64,000 nt of DNA from Rhizaria sp. SCN 62-66 (Eukaryota). A model generated the notes under the pieces. That model was given only the letters and a program-made list of their open reading frames with translations. It ran no database searches and was not told where the DNA came from. Location of the stretch: positions 62,001 through 126,000 of the forward strand of contig MEDY01000055.1 in the NCBI GenBank assembly GCA_001724265.1, given 5' to 3'. A program made the translations under genes and the position numbers. Shown here piece after piece: positions 47,556-58,884 of the stretch (position 1 is its first letter; each line of letters opens with the position of its first letter).

Positions 47556-48149
47556 ATATTTGTCAAGCCAACGTTGACATGAAGTACGCATCGGAACATA
47601 TCTCATAACCAATGGTAATTGTGTCCATGGCCGCGCGTTAACGACTTCGGTACAGCCGAGAGGTGGAGACGCGCGACAAGATACGTACCTTGCAAATCAA
47701 GGAATATAATTAAAACAATGTTCACACACCCAAGCTTTAATCTTGGAAATTGTTGTTTTGTTGCCTCTGACGATCAAAATACGGAGATACTGTTGCTTTG
47801 CTTCTCACGATGCGCGAGCCCATTGGCGCGGCGGTCGCGGCGGCTCTTGACCACTCGACGCTCTCAGACAACTGTGCGTGAAATATATCGTCAAGAAGAA
47901 TTCGGCGTGATATTCATATGTAGGGTTTATTTTCCGGATTCTTATCACGCTCATACCTCTGAAATTCTAACTTGTCTTGTTCTATTCCTCCTTTCATCTT
48001 CCCACAGTCGCGACGCAAAAACCCCAGCTCATCGAGCTAGATTTTGCTGCGCCCGGAGCCCACACTCTCGTTTCTTAACTTGTCGGCGTCCATAGGAAGA
48101 ATCCGTCTTATTTTTAAACAGTTTGGCTTTCTGCGCGCCCGCGGAGTCT

Positions 48150-51100
48150 ATGTCTCGCCCCCCGCCGAGCGCCATGGCGCGCCAGGCGCTCGGCCTCGCG
48201 TCGTCAGGCTCCGACTCCTCCTCTGGCGCCTCCGACGACGACTACAACGCAGCGCCCTCAACCGCAACCGCGAAGACCCTCTCTGCAACGTCCTCTCGCG
48301 GCGCCCGCGCGGCCCCCGGATCCGCGAGCGCGTACTCCGCCCGCGCGGCCGCTGCGGCGGCGGCGGAGGCCGCGCTGGCCCGCGAGCGGCTGCTGAACCC
48401 GCTGTTCGACCGCGAGGGGCCCGTGCTGACTGCGATCCCACCCGACTTCCCCGCCGAGCACCTGCTGCTTGCGGCGCCGCCCGCGCGCACGCTGCCCGAG
48501 GATGTGGCCACGCGCTCGGGGCTGCAGCACCGCGTACTCCCCACCACTGCTGGCGCCCACGCCGTTGCCTGGCGCGCCGCCGCCGCGTTCCAGGCCGCCG
48601 GGGACGCCGTCGCGCGCAGGGACCTGGCCCACGCGCGCGCGCTGTCCGCGGCCGTGCTCGGCGCGTTCGAGCGGCAGGAGCGGCTCGCCGTGGGGCGTGT
48701 GGCATTGCACCTCGTCTCGGAGGAGGCTGCAGGAGCCAGGGCGGGGGCCGCGGCCGGGGCGCTGGCTGCGGCGGCCGAGGCGGCCGAGGCGACCACCGCA
48801 GCCACGATCCGCGCTGCTGCGGCTGCTGCTGCTGTTTCTGCGACTGCGCGCACGCGTACTGCGATGACAGACGACGGTGGCGCTCATGGCGCCAATGATA
48901 ACACGGACAACGGCGTCACTATTAGTAATATGAATAACGATATGAACAACGATGCTAGTGGTGACGATGATGATCGAGTCGCAGTGTCGCGCCAGCTGAA
49001 CCATTTGTTCGCGTCTTCCAACGCGAGCTCTGAGAAGATCGCCAAGACGGCCGCGTCGCTGCACGAGTACTTGCGCACGAGGCACACGCGTGGCGTCATG
49101 GGGCCCGCCAGCGAGTACTGCGGCTTGGCTTTGATCACGCAGGCGTTGCAGAGTATTTGGAACAGTAATCAGAACCAGCAGCTGGTGACAACCCCTGCAG
49201 TCACGGCGTTACATAGCGCTAGTGCTGACGATCACAAACCAGCTTTGAATGCCAGTGTGAGCGGCAGTGACTATCAAGCCAACTTTGCCGCCGCGCGCGC
49301 TCTCGTGTTAAGTCTCGCATCCCAAGCCGGCGCCGCGACCGTGGGGCCCTCTGTCACCAGCACTCACAGCAACGGCAGCAGCAGCAGCAGTAGCAGCAGC
49401 AGCAGCGCGCAAGTGAGCACGCGCGTGCTCGCCATCGTCGCAAACGCGGCCAGCACAGCCGTCACTGCTGCGGCAAGCATCGCCAGCAACCACAGCTACA
49501 GCCACAGACACGGTAGCTACGGTAACAACGGCAGCGACGGCGCGCAGTCCGCTCTTTACAGCTCCTGGGGCGGCGGCCTGACTTCGGACGCCGCGGTGCA
49601 CGCCGGCAGCGGCGGCGCGGCGGCCGCGGTGCGCGCAGCGGCAGGCCACGGCCAGACCGGCGCGGGCAACCTCGGCGTCGCCGCGGCGGAGCGCGCGCTG
49701 ACCGGCGCGGTGGCGGCGACGGGCAAGGCGCGGGATGCGGCGGCGAGTGTCTCTGGGAACAGGAGTGCTCAGGTGGGCGTGCACTGGCCGGTGCGCTCGG
49801 GCGCTGATCTTGCGAGCATTCTCGCGCACCTGGACTCGAAGTCGAAGTCACAATCAAGCGCTGAGAACGCAGAGACTCGGGCAACGGCAGATAATAGTTT
49901 GCCAGGAGCGACTGGTAATCACAACGGCTGTCAGGTGACTTTGCCGAGCACCCAAGCGACTGCGAGCGCCCTGTCTGGCCTCAGCGCCGTTCAGGGCCTC
50001 TCTCTCCGCGACGTGGCCTTCCCCACCCCCACCACCAACGCGTTTCTGCACGCCTCGTCGCTGGACGGCGTTATCGACGTGCTTGCGTCGCTGCAGCCTC
50101 CGGCGCCGCAGCACAGCACGCTCGCCACCGCCGCGTACTTGCCCGCGCCCCCGCTGCCGACCGCGGCGGCGACCGCGACGGCCAGCTACGCCGCGCGGTC
50201 CGTGGCCGGCACCGCGCCCGCGGGCCCGCTGCCGGCGACGGGCGCGGCGCTGCTGCCGCCGCCGCCCGCGCTGGACCTGGCGGCGCTCAACGCGGCCATC
50301 GCGTACTACGCGTCGCTGGCGACCGCCGCCACGATGCCCTGGCTGCTGCCGACGCTGCGCACCGTGCTCGGCGTGCTCAACGCGCACGCCGCGGCCGCAC
50401 ACGCGCACGAGGCCGCCGCGCTGTGGCGGACGCTCGGCGACCTGGAGCGCGCGGCGACGGCTCAGGCGCAGCTGCAGGAGTGGGAAGAGGTCGAGAGCGA
50501 AGTTGAAGGGCTACTTACACGGCTAAGGGGGGCGCGGGATACCAACATGACGCACTTCAGGCAAAGCCTTTTTGCGACAGCCGCAAATGTCTCTGATCAA
50601 AGCGCCGAGTCGGATGCAGACAAGCTTACGTTCGGTGCTGTGCGCACTGCGACGCTGTCGCAGGCGCTGGATATGTGGGAAGCGAGCGAGTTTGCGCCCC
50701 AATCAGTCGGGCCGCTCTCGCGCCAAACTGTCCCAGCCGCAACCGCCGCGAGTGGCAGTGAGCAAGTGGCGAGTGCGGATGACGGCTCGCTTGGCATCTT
50801 TAGTCTGCTGGTGCCGGGCCCAGACGCGCACGTGTGTGCCGCCGCGGCCGCTGCCTCTGCCGCGGCGAACGCGGACAAGAAAAGTGCGCTCAGCAAGGCT
50901 CAAGCAAAGGCGGCTGCGTTGCTGGCTACGATTGCGTCGTTCTCAGCATCTAACAACCCTGCACACATGGATGGAGCAACTGTGGAATCAAGCACTTCTG
51001 CACCAGCGGCAACCACGACGCGCATGACTGCGACATCTAGCAGTGGCAATAGCGATACGTTTTTCACTCTGAACTCCCCGTTCCTTCCCTCGACGGGCAG

Positions 51101-54100
51101 CGACAAGACCGCCAGCGACGGTAACAGCGGTGAGATCGTGAACCTCGTGCTGCCCGACGCACTCGCCGCGCACGCCCGCGCGCGCTCGCGTCGCCTCCAC
51201 GCCCTGCGTTCCTCCTACCCCGGTCGCGAGGCCTCGGTGCGCCTCTTGCGCGCCGTCGCGGCCGCCGCGGGCCCGCTGCGCGCGGCGCTGGCCGAGGCGC
51301 TGGCGCGGCACGCGAGCTCCGCGGCCGCGGCGGCGCGCGCGCTGGTGTCGGCACTGGGTTCGCGGCCGCTGTGCGACGCGGCGGCGAGCGCGCTCGTACG
51401 GCTAGTGGCCGCCGACGCGGTGCTTAAGGCTATCGACCCCGCGTCGCTCGTGTACGCTGTGCCGCAAGACTCCATCGCAAACGGCCACGGCAGCAGCAGC
51501 GGTGCGCATGCAGGTCGACACTGGCAGGGCCACGGCCACGGCCACAGGCAGGGGCACAGTCACGGGCGCGGGCATGGCCACGGGGTTGCTGACGCTGGCG
51601 CGGTTGCGCTCGACAGGCTCGAGAGGCGCGCGGAGTCGCTTTCCGCGGCGGCCACGCGCCTGGCCGAGCTCGCGACAGAGCCGTTCCCCTTCTCCCCGCC
51701 AGAGGGCAGTAGCTCCGCGCCGCCGCTGCCCGCCGCCGTCGCTGCGGCCGCCGCCGAGGCCGCTGCGGCCGCGGGCGGCGCGTTCGCCGCATTCATTCCC
51801 GACACCCGCCACGGCGCGAGCGTGCGCGCGGCCTTCTCGCACGACGCCGCGGGTGCGGCGGCCGCTGCGGGCGCGGGCGGCGCGCGGCGCGCGCAGGAGG
51901 CCGTCACAGCGCTGGGGCTCTGGGCGCTGCCGGCCGGGTGGCCCGCGGGCACCGTGCCGGCGGGGCCTGCGTCGCACGTGCTCACGGCTGCCCTGGCCGC
52001 GGCCGTGGCGGCCGAGGACGCGCGGGCGCGGGCGGCGCTCGCGGGCGCAACAGCCGAGGCGCTGACGGCGCGGAGCGCGGCCGGCGCGGCGACTGCGGCT
52101 GCGGCGGCCGCTGCGCGGGGACATGCTGTGGGCAAGGCGAAGGCCACGCCAGCGCGCGCAGTGGCCATTAGCAGCAGCAGCGATACTGAGAGCGATATCG
52201 CCAGAGGCAGTGGCAGTGGCAGCGACTTCGGTGGCACGCACGTGAAGATGGAGGGCGCATCGGCGGCGGCGCCGTCGCGGAAGCTGCCGCCGATGTTCGG
52301 CAACGACGCCACCCCCGATGACACCAGCGCCAGCGACAGCGACAGCGACTCTGCCGCGGATAGTGACAGTGACAGCTCGGACGGCGCGCCGGTGAAGAGC
52401 GAGGGCGCTGTCAAGTCGGAGGCCGGTGCGAAGCGTGCGCTCCCGGTGGTGTTCGGCGACAGCGCTGCGCCCAATACCAGTGACAGCGACGACTCTAGCG
52501 CCAGCGCCAGTGGCAGTGACGATACGAGTGGGGATGACAAGCAGAAGAATGGTGCCGCGACTGTCAAGAAGCCCCTGGTGCTGTTCGGCGCTGACGACTT
52601 CGACCCTCTCGCCTCCGGCTCCGACTCCGACTCTGACGCGAGTGCCGCGGGTGTCGGTGACGTCTCCGGATCCGACTCTGACTGGGGCATGGGGAAGACG
52701 GTCACTCGCCGTTCTGTTATGAGTCGTAAGGGCATCATTGACAGCGACACTGAGACTGACGACGAAAAGAACAACGAAAGCAACAACAGTCATGACAAGG
52801 CTAGTGCTGGCAACGACGCTACTCCGCAAGCTGCCAAATCTGCGAGTAGCAGCAGTAGTAACAGTAGTGAGAGTGAGAGTGGCAGTGACAGTGGCAGTGA
52901 CGCGAGCTCTAGCAGCAGCTCATCTGACTCGAGTGGCGAGAGTGACAGTGACTCTGACACAGACACTGACTCGGATGGGGACTCGCGCCCCGTCCGCCAG
53001 CCCGCGCCGCGCCCGCTGCTCCCCGCCACCGCCGCAGCCGACGCCGAGGCGCAGCTGCTCGCTATTTTCTCTGTCTTGCGCGCCTCGGGCGACTCGTCCT
53101 ACCTGTCCGACGGGGCCTGGGCGCAGCGCGAGGCCGCCGCGCAGCCGCCGCTGACCGCGGGGCTGTGGGAGGTGCCTGCGCTGTGCCTGCTCGACCGGCT
53201 GCTCGTCGGGCGCGCGCGCGCGGCGCGGTCGCAGGTGCTGCTGCAGATGTACGCAGAGCTGATGTGGTCGCTGTACACCAAGACGCACGGCGGCGAGCTC
53301 GAGGGGGACAAAGCTCTCACTCTGAGTCACAACAATGCTGACTCTGAGCACGAGCACGAGCGCGCACAGAACACGCGCGTGTTCACGCTGTCCGTGCTCG
53401 CGGTGTGGCTAGAAGTGCTGCGCCGCGACCCAGCCTCATTCCCCGCGCTGTGGCACGTCGCGTATCTCTACCACCGCTGCCCGCCAGCGCTTGCCGCACC
53501 TGTGGCTGCGGAGACCACGGATTGGGACGCGTTAACTGTGAGCGCAGACGGGAGCTGCGCTGCCGATGACACTGATGTCGAAGAAATTGACGATGTTGAG
53601 CTCGATCAAGTCAAGACTCAGCAGCAGCGGAAGCCGCGTGGTCAGAGTGCAACCGAAGTCAGGTCTGCTGTAGCCGTGAAAGACGAGCATAAGAGCAAGA
53701 AGCGCAGTGTCGCAGACCTATCTACCAGCAGCAGCAATGATGACAGCGAGAGCGGCACTGTCAGTGACAGTGGAAGTGAAAGCGAGGCGAAAGGCGTCAT
53801 TGTTGATAGCGACACAAGCGGCAGCAGCGACAATGACTTTGCTGTCAAGAAGGAAGATGTTGTCTCCTCCGCTGCAAAGCGTGCTCGGCTAGCCTCAGTG
53901 CGTTCTGCCCCTGAAACGAATCCTAGCAGCAAGAGCAAGAGCGCGGATAAGCTCAGCGTTTATTCAAATAACGACAGCAAGGTCGCGGCCGTGAACAACT
54001 ACAAGAGAGCGTCGATCGAGACGAATGCATCGAGAGCCGCTGGTGTCATGACGGCTGACGACACCACTGTCGGCGCTCACTGGGGGCTCGAGCACTTGGC

Positions 54101-57100
54101 CTCGCTCTGGGCGCACTCGAGCGAGTGCAACATGGCGCAACACATCGCCAACCTCGCCCACAACCACGCCAACGCGCAGGCCAGCCTCGCTGAAGGTAGG
54201 CCGCCCGGCGTCGACCTATGGGCGCCGTACCGCGTACCGCTCGCTCTGGCCGCCACACTGCACCACCACCGCGGCGCGAATCGCGACTGTTTGACCGCCG
54301 AGCAGCGGATGACGTGCGTCGACGGGAGCTACCCGTTTGCCCCATGTAATTCAGCCGACGGCGCGGGGCGGGTCAAGCTCTCGGTGGAGCACGTTTGGCA
54401 AGCGGCGGCACGCAGTGGGTGGCAGCCGCACGCCGCGCTCTGTGCGCCCACACTGAGCCACGCACAACAGTCTGCTGCAGCGTCAACCACTGCTGTTGTC
54501 ACGAGTGCAGTTGCGGGCTTCCGCCCCGCGCCTGCTCTCTTCTCGTTGATCGTTGCTGAAGCGACAGCCCGCCACGTCGAGACGCTCACCGCTACTGATA
54601 CCGCAGTGTCGATGCCTCAGGCTGTGGCCTCTGACTTCAGTTGTGACGACGACATCCTGGCCGTGCCTGGTGCACGTCCTGCGCCTCACAGTTGCAGTAA
54701 CCCTGTGAAGCCAGGCTTTGGTGTTGATGCTCGTGGTAACACAGAGTCTGCCGCGTCACTACTGTCGTCGCGGTACCGCAGCAGCCTTGACCCAGTCGCC
54801 GCCGCCAGCGACGCCGCGGCGGCCGAGGTTCGCGCAGACGTGGCGGCGCTTGAGGCGCGCACGCCGCAGCCGCCGCGCAGTGCGCAGGGCGCCGCCGTCG
54901 TTGCGTGGCGCCTGCTCGCGCTAGCTCTGGGCCGCGTGAGCCACTACACGCAGTGCGCGCGGCTCTTTCTGGAGCTCAAGAATCATGAGCAGAGCTCCGA
55001 ACATGGAAACGTGACCAACGATAGTGCTAGTTCCAGTGCGGGCGCGACTGCCAGCGCTCAAAGTATGAACGATTCTGAGGCAGCGACAACGTTGGTTGAT
55101 ACGGCCGCGGTTGCAGCTGAAGAGTGGACACGTGCAGCGCTTGCGTGCCTGCGTCCAACAGAGACCATGCGCCCTACCAGTGACACGACCGTTGACTCAT
55201 CGGCTCTTGTGCAGTGGCGCCCACTCTGTGTCAACTCGGGGCTGACGCAGCAGCACCTTCACCAGTGGAGCAGCAGGAACGTATCTGACGTCAAACGAGT
55301 GCTCGCAGCTCGTCTCTCTCTTATCCGTCGCGTCGTCCGCACTGCAACCTCCATGGATGAGTATCACGTCGGCATCCGCGCTGCAGTCAACAGCTTTGAT
55401 CAATCTATGTTCATCTTAAAGGGCGACAACGGTGACAGTAATAATGATGAATCAACCTTTGTGTCCCACCTCATGTTGCTCTTTGGTCTCGATTTCAGCA
55501 ACACTAACGACGATGCATCGTATGTCTCCGCAACGCTGAACCCTCTCATGTTGCTCGTGCGCTCAGCCGACCACCGCGCTCGCTCGCGCGCCCGACACCG
55601 CGTCCGCACCCGCGCTCGCGCCGCCGCCACGCTCGCGCGCGCCATTGCGCAGACGCCCCCCGACGCCGGGCGCCGCCCCGTGGGCCCGTACCGTGGCGGC
55701 GTCGTCGGCGCGCGCGCATGGGACCACATTTTTGCGTCCGGCGCGACGCAGCCCGCGCTGCTGATGAACCTGCACTACCTGCCCGCCTCGTCCACGATTG
55801 TGTCGGCCGAGACCGTGCCCGCGCCGCTGCTGACTGAGGCGCCCCGCTCCGTACAGCGCGCCGTCACCCGCATCCGCGCCAGCGCGTTCCCTCTACGGAC
55901 CTTCGCGCTGCCGCCTTACTACCCCACCGGCTACCTCCTGCCGCCAGTGCCCGGCATGCCGTCCGAGGTCTCGGCGCAGCGGCTGCTGCCCGTGGTCCCG
56001 CGCACGGCGGGCCCGCTGCCGTCGCCGACGCTGACGTGGCTGTGGGGCCGCGCCTTCGACGCGCGTGCCACGCACGACGCCTTCGTTGACACGCCACAGA
56101 CGCTCGCGCGCCTTGCCGCGGGCGCCGTCGCCGTCGGCACCGCGGGGCTCATCCGTGGCGCGCGCAACGGGCGCCGAAACGGCAGTTTGGCCGCGCTGCG
56201 CGCGATCCGCCGGTGCGCGGGCGGAGACGTGTATGGTGACCCGCTGGTCGGCACCGGCACGGCGGGCAGCGCGAGCGCGGAGCCTTCGGTGATGGGGGCC
56301 GCGGCGGCCAGCAGCGAAGTCGCGCCCACCGAGGCGATGCTGGGCTCCGGCGCGGCCGCCGAGTACGGGCTCGTGGAGGAGCGGTTGCGCAGGCGCGGGG
56401 TGCGCAGGGCGGCTGCGCAGTGGCAGGAGCTGGACAAGGCCGGGGTGATGACCGAGGTCAAGCGCAGCGGGCTACACGCGTTGATGCGGTGCATGCTGTG
56501 GCCAGCCACTATTAGTCACACCAACGGTACGTCTGACGCCGCTGGTCTCACCAACTTCGGGCCTCGTTTTCTGCAAGCGTTCTCCAATGATGCGCCTGTT
56601 GCCTCTGGCCAAGTCTCTCGGCCTGGCTTCGGTGCGAATGTGTATTCAGGCGATGCATCGACTAACACGTCTGTTCATGGGACTGCATCAATGTCGAACA
56701 ACGCAATCGCGCTTCCTATTGACCTGCAGCGCTATATCCTCGGTGCTCCCACCACGCTTGCTCCGGCCACAGTAAACACGCAGTCTGTTGCTGGCCGGTC
56801 CGGGCTGCCGCTGTGGGTGCCTGCACCGGCAGACGCTCTGACGGTCACGACAACCACCATCACGACAAATACGCCGGTTGGCTCAGCAGCGACGGCGACT
56901 GTGCTGCAGTCATGCGCTGTTGCACCGCGCCCTCTCTGTCCAGTTTCTGCACTGCGCGCTCACTCCAGCTCGACCGTCACTCGCAGTGCTCACAGTGCTA
57001 CCGCTGATGGCAATAGCCGTGCGTTTGAAGGTGCGGTGCTAATGTGCGCAATGGAGCTTCTCACATTGCTTGAGAACAGTCTGCCGACGGCTGAACGAGC

Positions 57101-58616
57101 CAGCTCAGCTGAGTCCTCGTCGTCAGCATCATATGAAGCGGTGACCTCGTCAGATTCAGCGCAAACTAATCTTGATAAAGAGGCAGTTTCAGCGTTGCGC
57201 GCATTTATCCTGGCACAGCAAGAAAAGCTCGACAGCAGTGCTGCACCCGTCGCCCGCGCCGCGCACCTACTTCCGTCCTCCGTGCGCTGCTCTCTGCGCG
57301 CGTCACTCCAGCTCTCCGCCGCCGTGTCCGCCGCCGACGCTCTCTCCACACGCCCCAACCGCTTCCCTGCGCTAGCGACGTGGACGCGCGCGCTGGGCGC
57401 GGGCACGCTGCCGCTGCCGCCGGCCGCCGCTGCGCGCGCCGCGGCTGAGGCGGAAGCGCGCAGCAAGGGGCCCGACGCCGCGGTGCGGGGCCGGGGCAGC
57501 GGCGCGGACTGGTGGGGCGGAGTCGCCGCCACTGCCGCGGCCGCGGTGGAGAACAAGAGCAAGGGTAAGAGAATTGCTGCACCACAGAGCGCCTCAACGC
57601 CGAGTACTGCATCGGTATCTCACGAAAGTTCGAGCGCAAACTCGAGTGCAAGTGCGAATGCTGAGGCACAGTGCGACAGCACGGGTAACATGTGTCAGTG
57701 CTGGGAGCACCGCTGGCGCAGCCGCTTGTCTTGGTGGTCGCAGTCTCGCGCGCACTTGCTCGGTGCGATGCCCTTAGACTCGGCCGCGATGCCCCTAGAC
57801 GGCACGCTTTTGTGGGCGGGACTGCCAGTGGTCGACGCTGAGACGGGCACGCAGTGGCTCAACTGGCGTGATATCAACGCACTGTCCACTCTTCCTTCTG
57901 CGTATCTGCTGTCTAACTCCAACAGCATTGCTTTTAACGAAGTTCCGCCAGTCATCTCACATGTTCAGCTGCCCTCTAGCGCCGCGCTGACTTCTACGAC
58001 TGACGCTGACAACGCAAGTCGCCGCCTCTGCACCGTCCGCTCGAGCACCGTCGCCGCTGTCACTGGTGAGTCAACTGGTGTATCGCTGCCTACGTTGCGT
58101 GCGCTTCCCTCTGCGCTTTCTGCCGCTGCGCTGATGTCCGTCTATCGATCCCTTGTCTTCACCGCCTTCATTGATGCTGCCAAGGCAAGTCCAAACACTC
58201 TTTTGTCTCTTAGTGGTCACGCATCCGATTCCAGTGCGACTCCTTATCATAGCGATAAGTGGACGCTCGCAAAGAGCAAGGCGCGCGAAGACGTTATTGC
58301 CGCCGCCATCAGTGCCGCTAATAGGGCTGCTGCAACAGGGGCGCGCGCTGCCGCAGTCGCACGTGCTCTAACAACGACCGCAAGCGCAGCGACCGAGAAT
58401 GTTCGCAGTGCGAATGTGAATGTGAGTGCAAAGGGGAGTGTTAGTGTGGGTGCTGATACGGGAGTCGAGAAGACGAGGCCGGCGTATCATAAGTGGTTGG
58501 CGCCGCGTGGTGTATGCCCTTGCTGCTGCCCGATGCGCTCGCGCGCTCTTCTGAAGCCGTCTCATGGTGTTGATGCTCTTAATGCCGCAGCAGAGGTTGT
58601 GAGCAGTGCAGTATAA
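48150..58616 (+). CDS. Large (~3,490 aa) Ala/Ser-rich hypothetical protein with weak TAF1A/Rrn11-like motifs
   Basis: Uninterrupted 10.5-kb GC-rich ORF bounded by AT-rich spacers; first ATG 48150, stop TAA. Central Ser/Asp acidic region. A possible acceptor TTTTTAAACAG at 48111-48121 could indicate an upstream exon. Confidence is for the CDS, not the function. Confidence 0.8.
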   Translation: MSRPPPSAMARQALGLASSGSDSSSGASDDDYNAAPSTATAKTLSATSSRGARAAPGSASAYSARAAAAAAAEAALARERLLNPLFDREGPVLTAIPPDFPAEHLLLAAPPARTLPEDVATRSGLQHRVLPTTAGAHAVAWRAAAAFQAAGDAVARRDLAHARALSAAVLGAFERQERLAVGRVALHLVSEEAAGARAGAAAGALAAAAEAAEATTAATIRAAAAAAAVSATARTRTAMTDDGGAHGANDNTDNGVTISNMNNDMNNDASGDDDDRVAVSRQLNHLFASSNASSEKIAKTAASLHEYLRTRHTRGVMGPASEYCGLALITQALQSIWNSNQNQQLVTTPAVTALHSASADDHKPALNASVSGSDYQANFAAARALVLSLASQAGAATVGPSVTSTHSNGSSSSSSSSSSAQVSTRVLAIVANAASTAVTAAASIASNHSYSHRHGSYGNNGSDGAQSALYSSWGGGLTSDAAVHAGSGGAAAAVRAAAGHGQTGAGNLGVAAAERALTGAVAATGKARDAAASVSGNRSAQVGVHWPVRSGADLASILAHLDSKSKSQSSAENAETRATADNSLPGATGNHNGCQVTLPSTQATASALSGLSAVQGLSLRDVAFPTPTTNAFLHASSLDGVIDVLASLQPPAPQHSTLATAAYLPAPPLPTAAATATASYAARSVAGTAPAGPLPATGAALLPPPPALDLAALNAAIAYYASLATAATMPWLLPTLRTVLGVLNAHAAAAHAHEAAALWRTLGDLERAATAQAQLQEWEEVESEVEGLLTRLRGARDTNMTHFRQSLFATAANVSDQSAESDADKLTFGAVRTATLSQALDMWEASEFAPQSVGPLSRQTVPAATAASGSEQVASADDGSLGIFSLLVPGPDAHVCAAAAAASAAANADKKSALSKAQAKAAALLATIASFSASNNPAHMDGATVESSTSAPAATTTRMTATSSSGNSDTFFTLNSPFLPSTGSDKTASDGNSGEIVNLVLPDALAAHARARSRRLHALRSSYPGREASVRLLRAVAAAAGPLRAALAEALARHASSAAAAARALVSALGSRPLCDAAASALVRLVAADAVLKAIDPASLVYAVPQDSIANGHGSSSGAHAGRHWQGHGHGHRQGHSHGRGHGHGVADAGAVALDRLERRAESLSAAATRLAELATEPFPFSPPEGSSSAPPLPAAVAAAAAEAAAAAGGAFAAFIPDTRHGASVRAAFSHDAAGAAAAAGAGGARRAQEAVTALGLWALPAGWPAGTVPAGPASHVLTAALAAAVAAEDARARAALAGATAEALTARSAAGAATAAAAAAARGHAVGKAKATPARAVAISSSSDTESDIARGSGSGSDFGGTHVKMEGASAAAPSRKLPPMFGNDATPDDTSASDSDSDSAADSDSDSSDGAPVKSEGAVKSEAGAKRALPVVFGDSAAPNTSDSDDSSASASGSDDTSGDDKQKNGAATVKKPLVLFGADDFDPLASGSDSDSDASAAGVGDVSGSDSDWGMGKTVTRRSVMSRKGIIDSDTETDDEKNNESNNSHDKASAGNDATPQAAKSASSSSSNSSESESGSDSGSDASSSSSSSDSSGESDSDSDTDTDSDGDSRPVRQPAPRPLLPATAAADAEAQLLAIFSVLRASGDSSYLSDGAWAQREAAAQPPLTAGLWEVPALCLLDRLLVGRARAARSQVLLQMYAELMWSLYTKTHGGELEGDKALTLSHNNADSEHEHERAQNTRVFTLSVLAVWLEVLRRDPASFPALWHVAYLYHRCPPALAAPVAAETTDWDALTVSADGSCAADDTDVEEIDDVELDQVKTQQQRKPRGQSATEVRSAVAVKDEHKSKKRSVADLSTSSSNDDSESGTVSDSGSESEAKGVIVDSDTSGSSDNDFAVKKEDVVSSAAKRARLASVRSAPETNPSSKSKSADKLSVYSNNDSKVAAVNNYKRASIETNASRAAGVMTADDTTVGAHWGLEHLASLWAHSSECNMAQHIANLAHNHANAQASLAEGRPPGVDLWAPYRVPLALAATLHHHRGANRDCLTAEQRMTCVDGSYPFAPCNSADGAGRVKLSVEHVWQAAARSGWQPHAALCAPTLSHAQQSAAASTTAVVTSAVAGFRPAPALFSLIVAEATARHVETLTATDTAVSMPQAVASDFSCDDDILAVPGARPAPHSCSNPVKPGFGVDARGNTESAASLLSSRYRSSLDPVAAASDAAAAEVRADVAALEARTPQPPRSAQGAAVVAWRLLALALGRVSHYTQCARLFLELKNHEQSSEHGNVTNDSASSSAGATASAQSMNDSEAATTLVDTAAVAAEEWTRAALACLRPTETMRPTSDTTVDSSALVQWRPLCVNSGLTQQHLHQWSSRNVSDVKRVLAARLSLIRRVVRTATSMDEYHVGIRAAVNSFDQSMFILKGDNGDSNNDESTFVSHLMLLFGLDFSNTNDDASYVSATLNPLMLLVRSADHRARSRARHRVRTRARAAATLARAIAQTPPDAGRRPVGPYRGGVVGARAWDHIFASGATQPALLMNLHYLPASSTIVSAETVPAPLLTEAPRSVQRAVTRIRASAFPLRTFALPPYYPTGYLLPPVPGMPSEVSAQRLLPVVPRTAGPLPSPTLTWLWGRAFDARATHDAFVDTPQTLARLAAGAVAVGTAGLIRGARNGRRNGSLAALRAIRRCAGGDVYGDPLVGTGTAGSASAEPSVMGAAAASSEVAPTEAMLGSGAAAEYGLVEERLRRRGVRRAAAQWQELDKAGVMTEVKRSGLHALMRCMLWPATISHTNGTSDAAGLTNFGPRFLQAFSNDAPVASGQVSRPGFGANVYSGDASTNTSVHGTASMSNNAIALPIDLQRYILGAPTTLAPATVNTQSVAGRSGLPLWVPAPADALTVTTTTITTNTPVGSAATATVLQSCAVAPRPLCPVSALRAHSSSTVTRSAHSATADGNSRAFEGAVLMCAMELLTLLENSLPTAERASSAESSSSASYEAVTSSDSAQTNLDKEAVSALRAFILAQQEKLDSSAAPVARAAHLLPSSVRCSLRASLQLSAAVSAADALSTRPNRFPALATWTRALGAGTLPLPPAAAARAAAEAEARSKGPDAAVRGRGSGADWWGGVAATAAAAVENKSKGKRIAAPQSASTPSTASVSHESSSANSSASANAEAQCDSTGNMCQCWEHRWRSRLSWWSQSRAHLLGAMPLDSAAMPLDGTLLWAGLPVVDAETGTQWLNWRDINALSTLPSAYLLSNSNSIAFNEVPPVISHVQLPSSAALTSTTDADNASRRLCTVRSSTVAAVTGESTGVSLPTLRALPSALSAAALMSVYRSLVFTAFIDAAKASPNTLLSLSGHASDSSATPYHSDKWTLAKSKAREDVIAAAISAANRAAATGARAAAVARALTTTASAATENVRSANVNVSAKGSVSVGADTGVEKTRPAYHKWLAPRGVCPCCCPMRSRALLKPSHGVDALNAAAEVVSSAV

Positions 58617-58884
58617 GTCGTATTTTATGCACTATCAATGTGAATCATATTGTAATTCTTGCTTGTTTTTTGAAGCTAGGGCTGCTTACAAAGTTTTAAT
58701 GTCTATTCAGTCTATTTAAATCCAATACATCGTTTCATTTTTCGCGGGTTTGATAATTCTTAGAAACGTAACTGTGTGTATGTGTTGCATCACATGTCGA
58801 TCTCGCGGCCATTCGCCGCTATATACTCGAAACTCAATCGAAATCTGTCATTCAATAACATGATATCCTCCCTGTCTCTTATAC

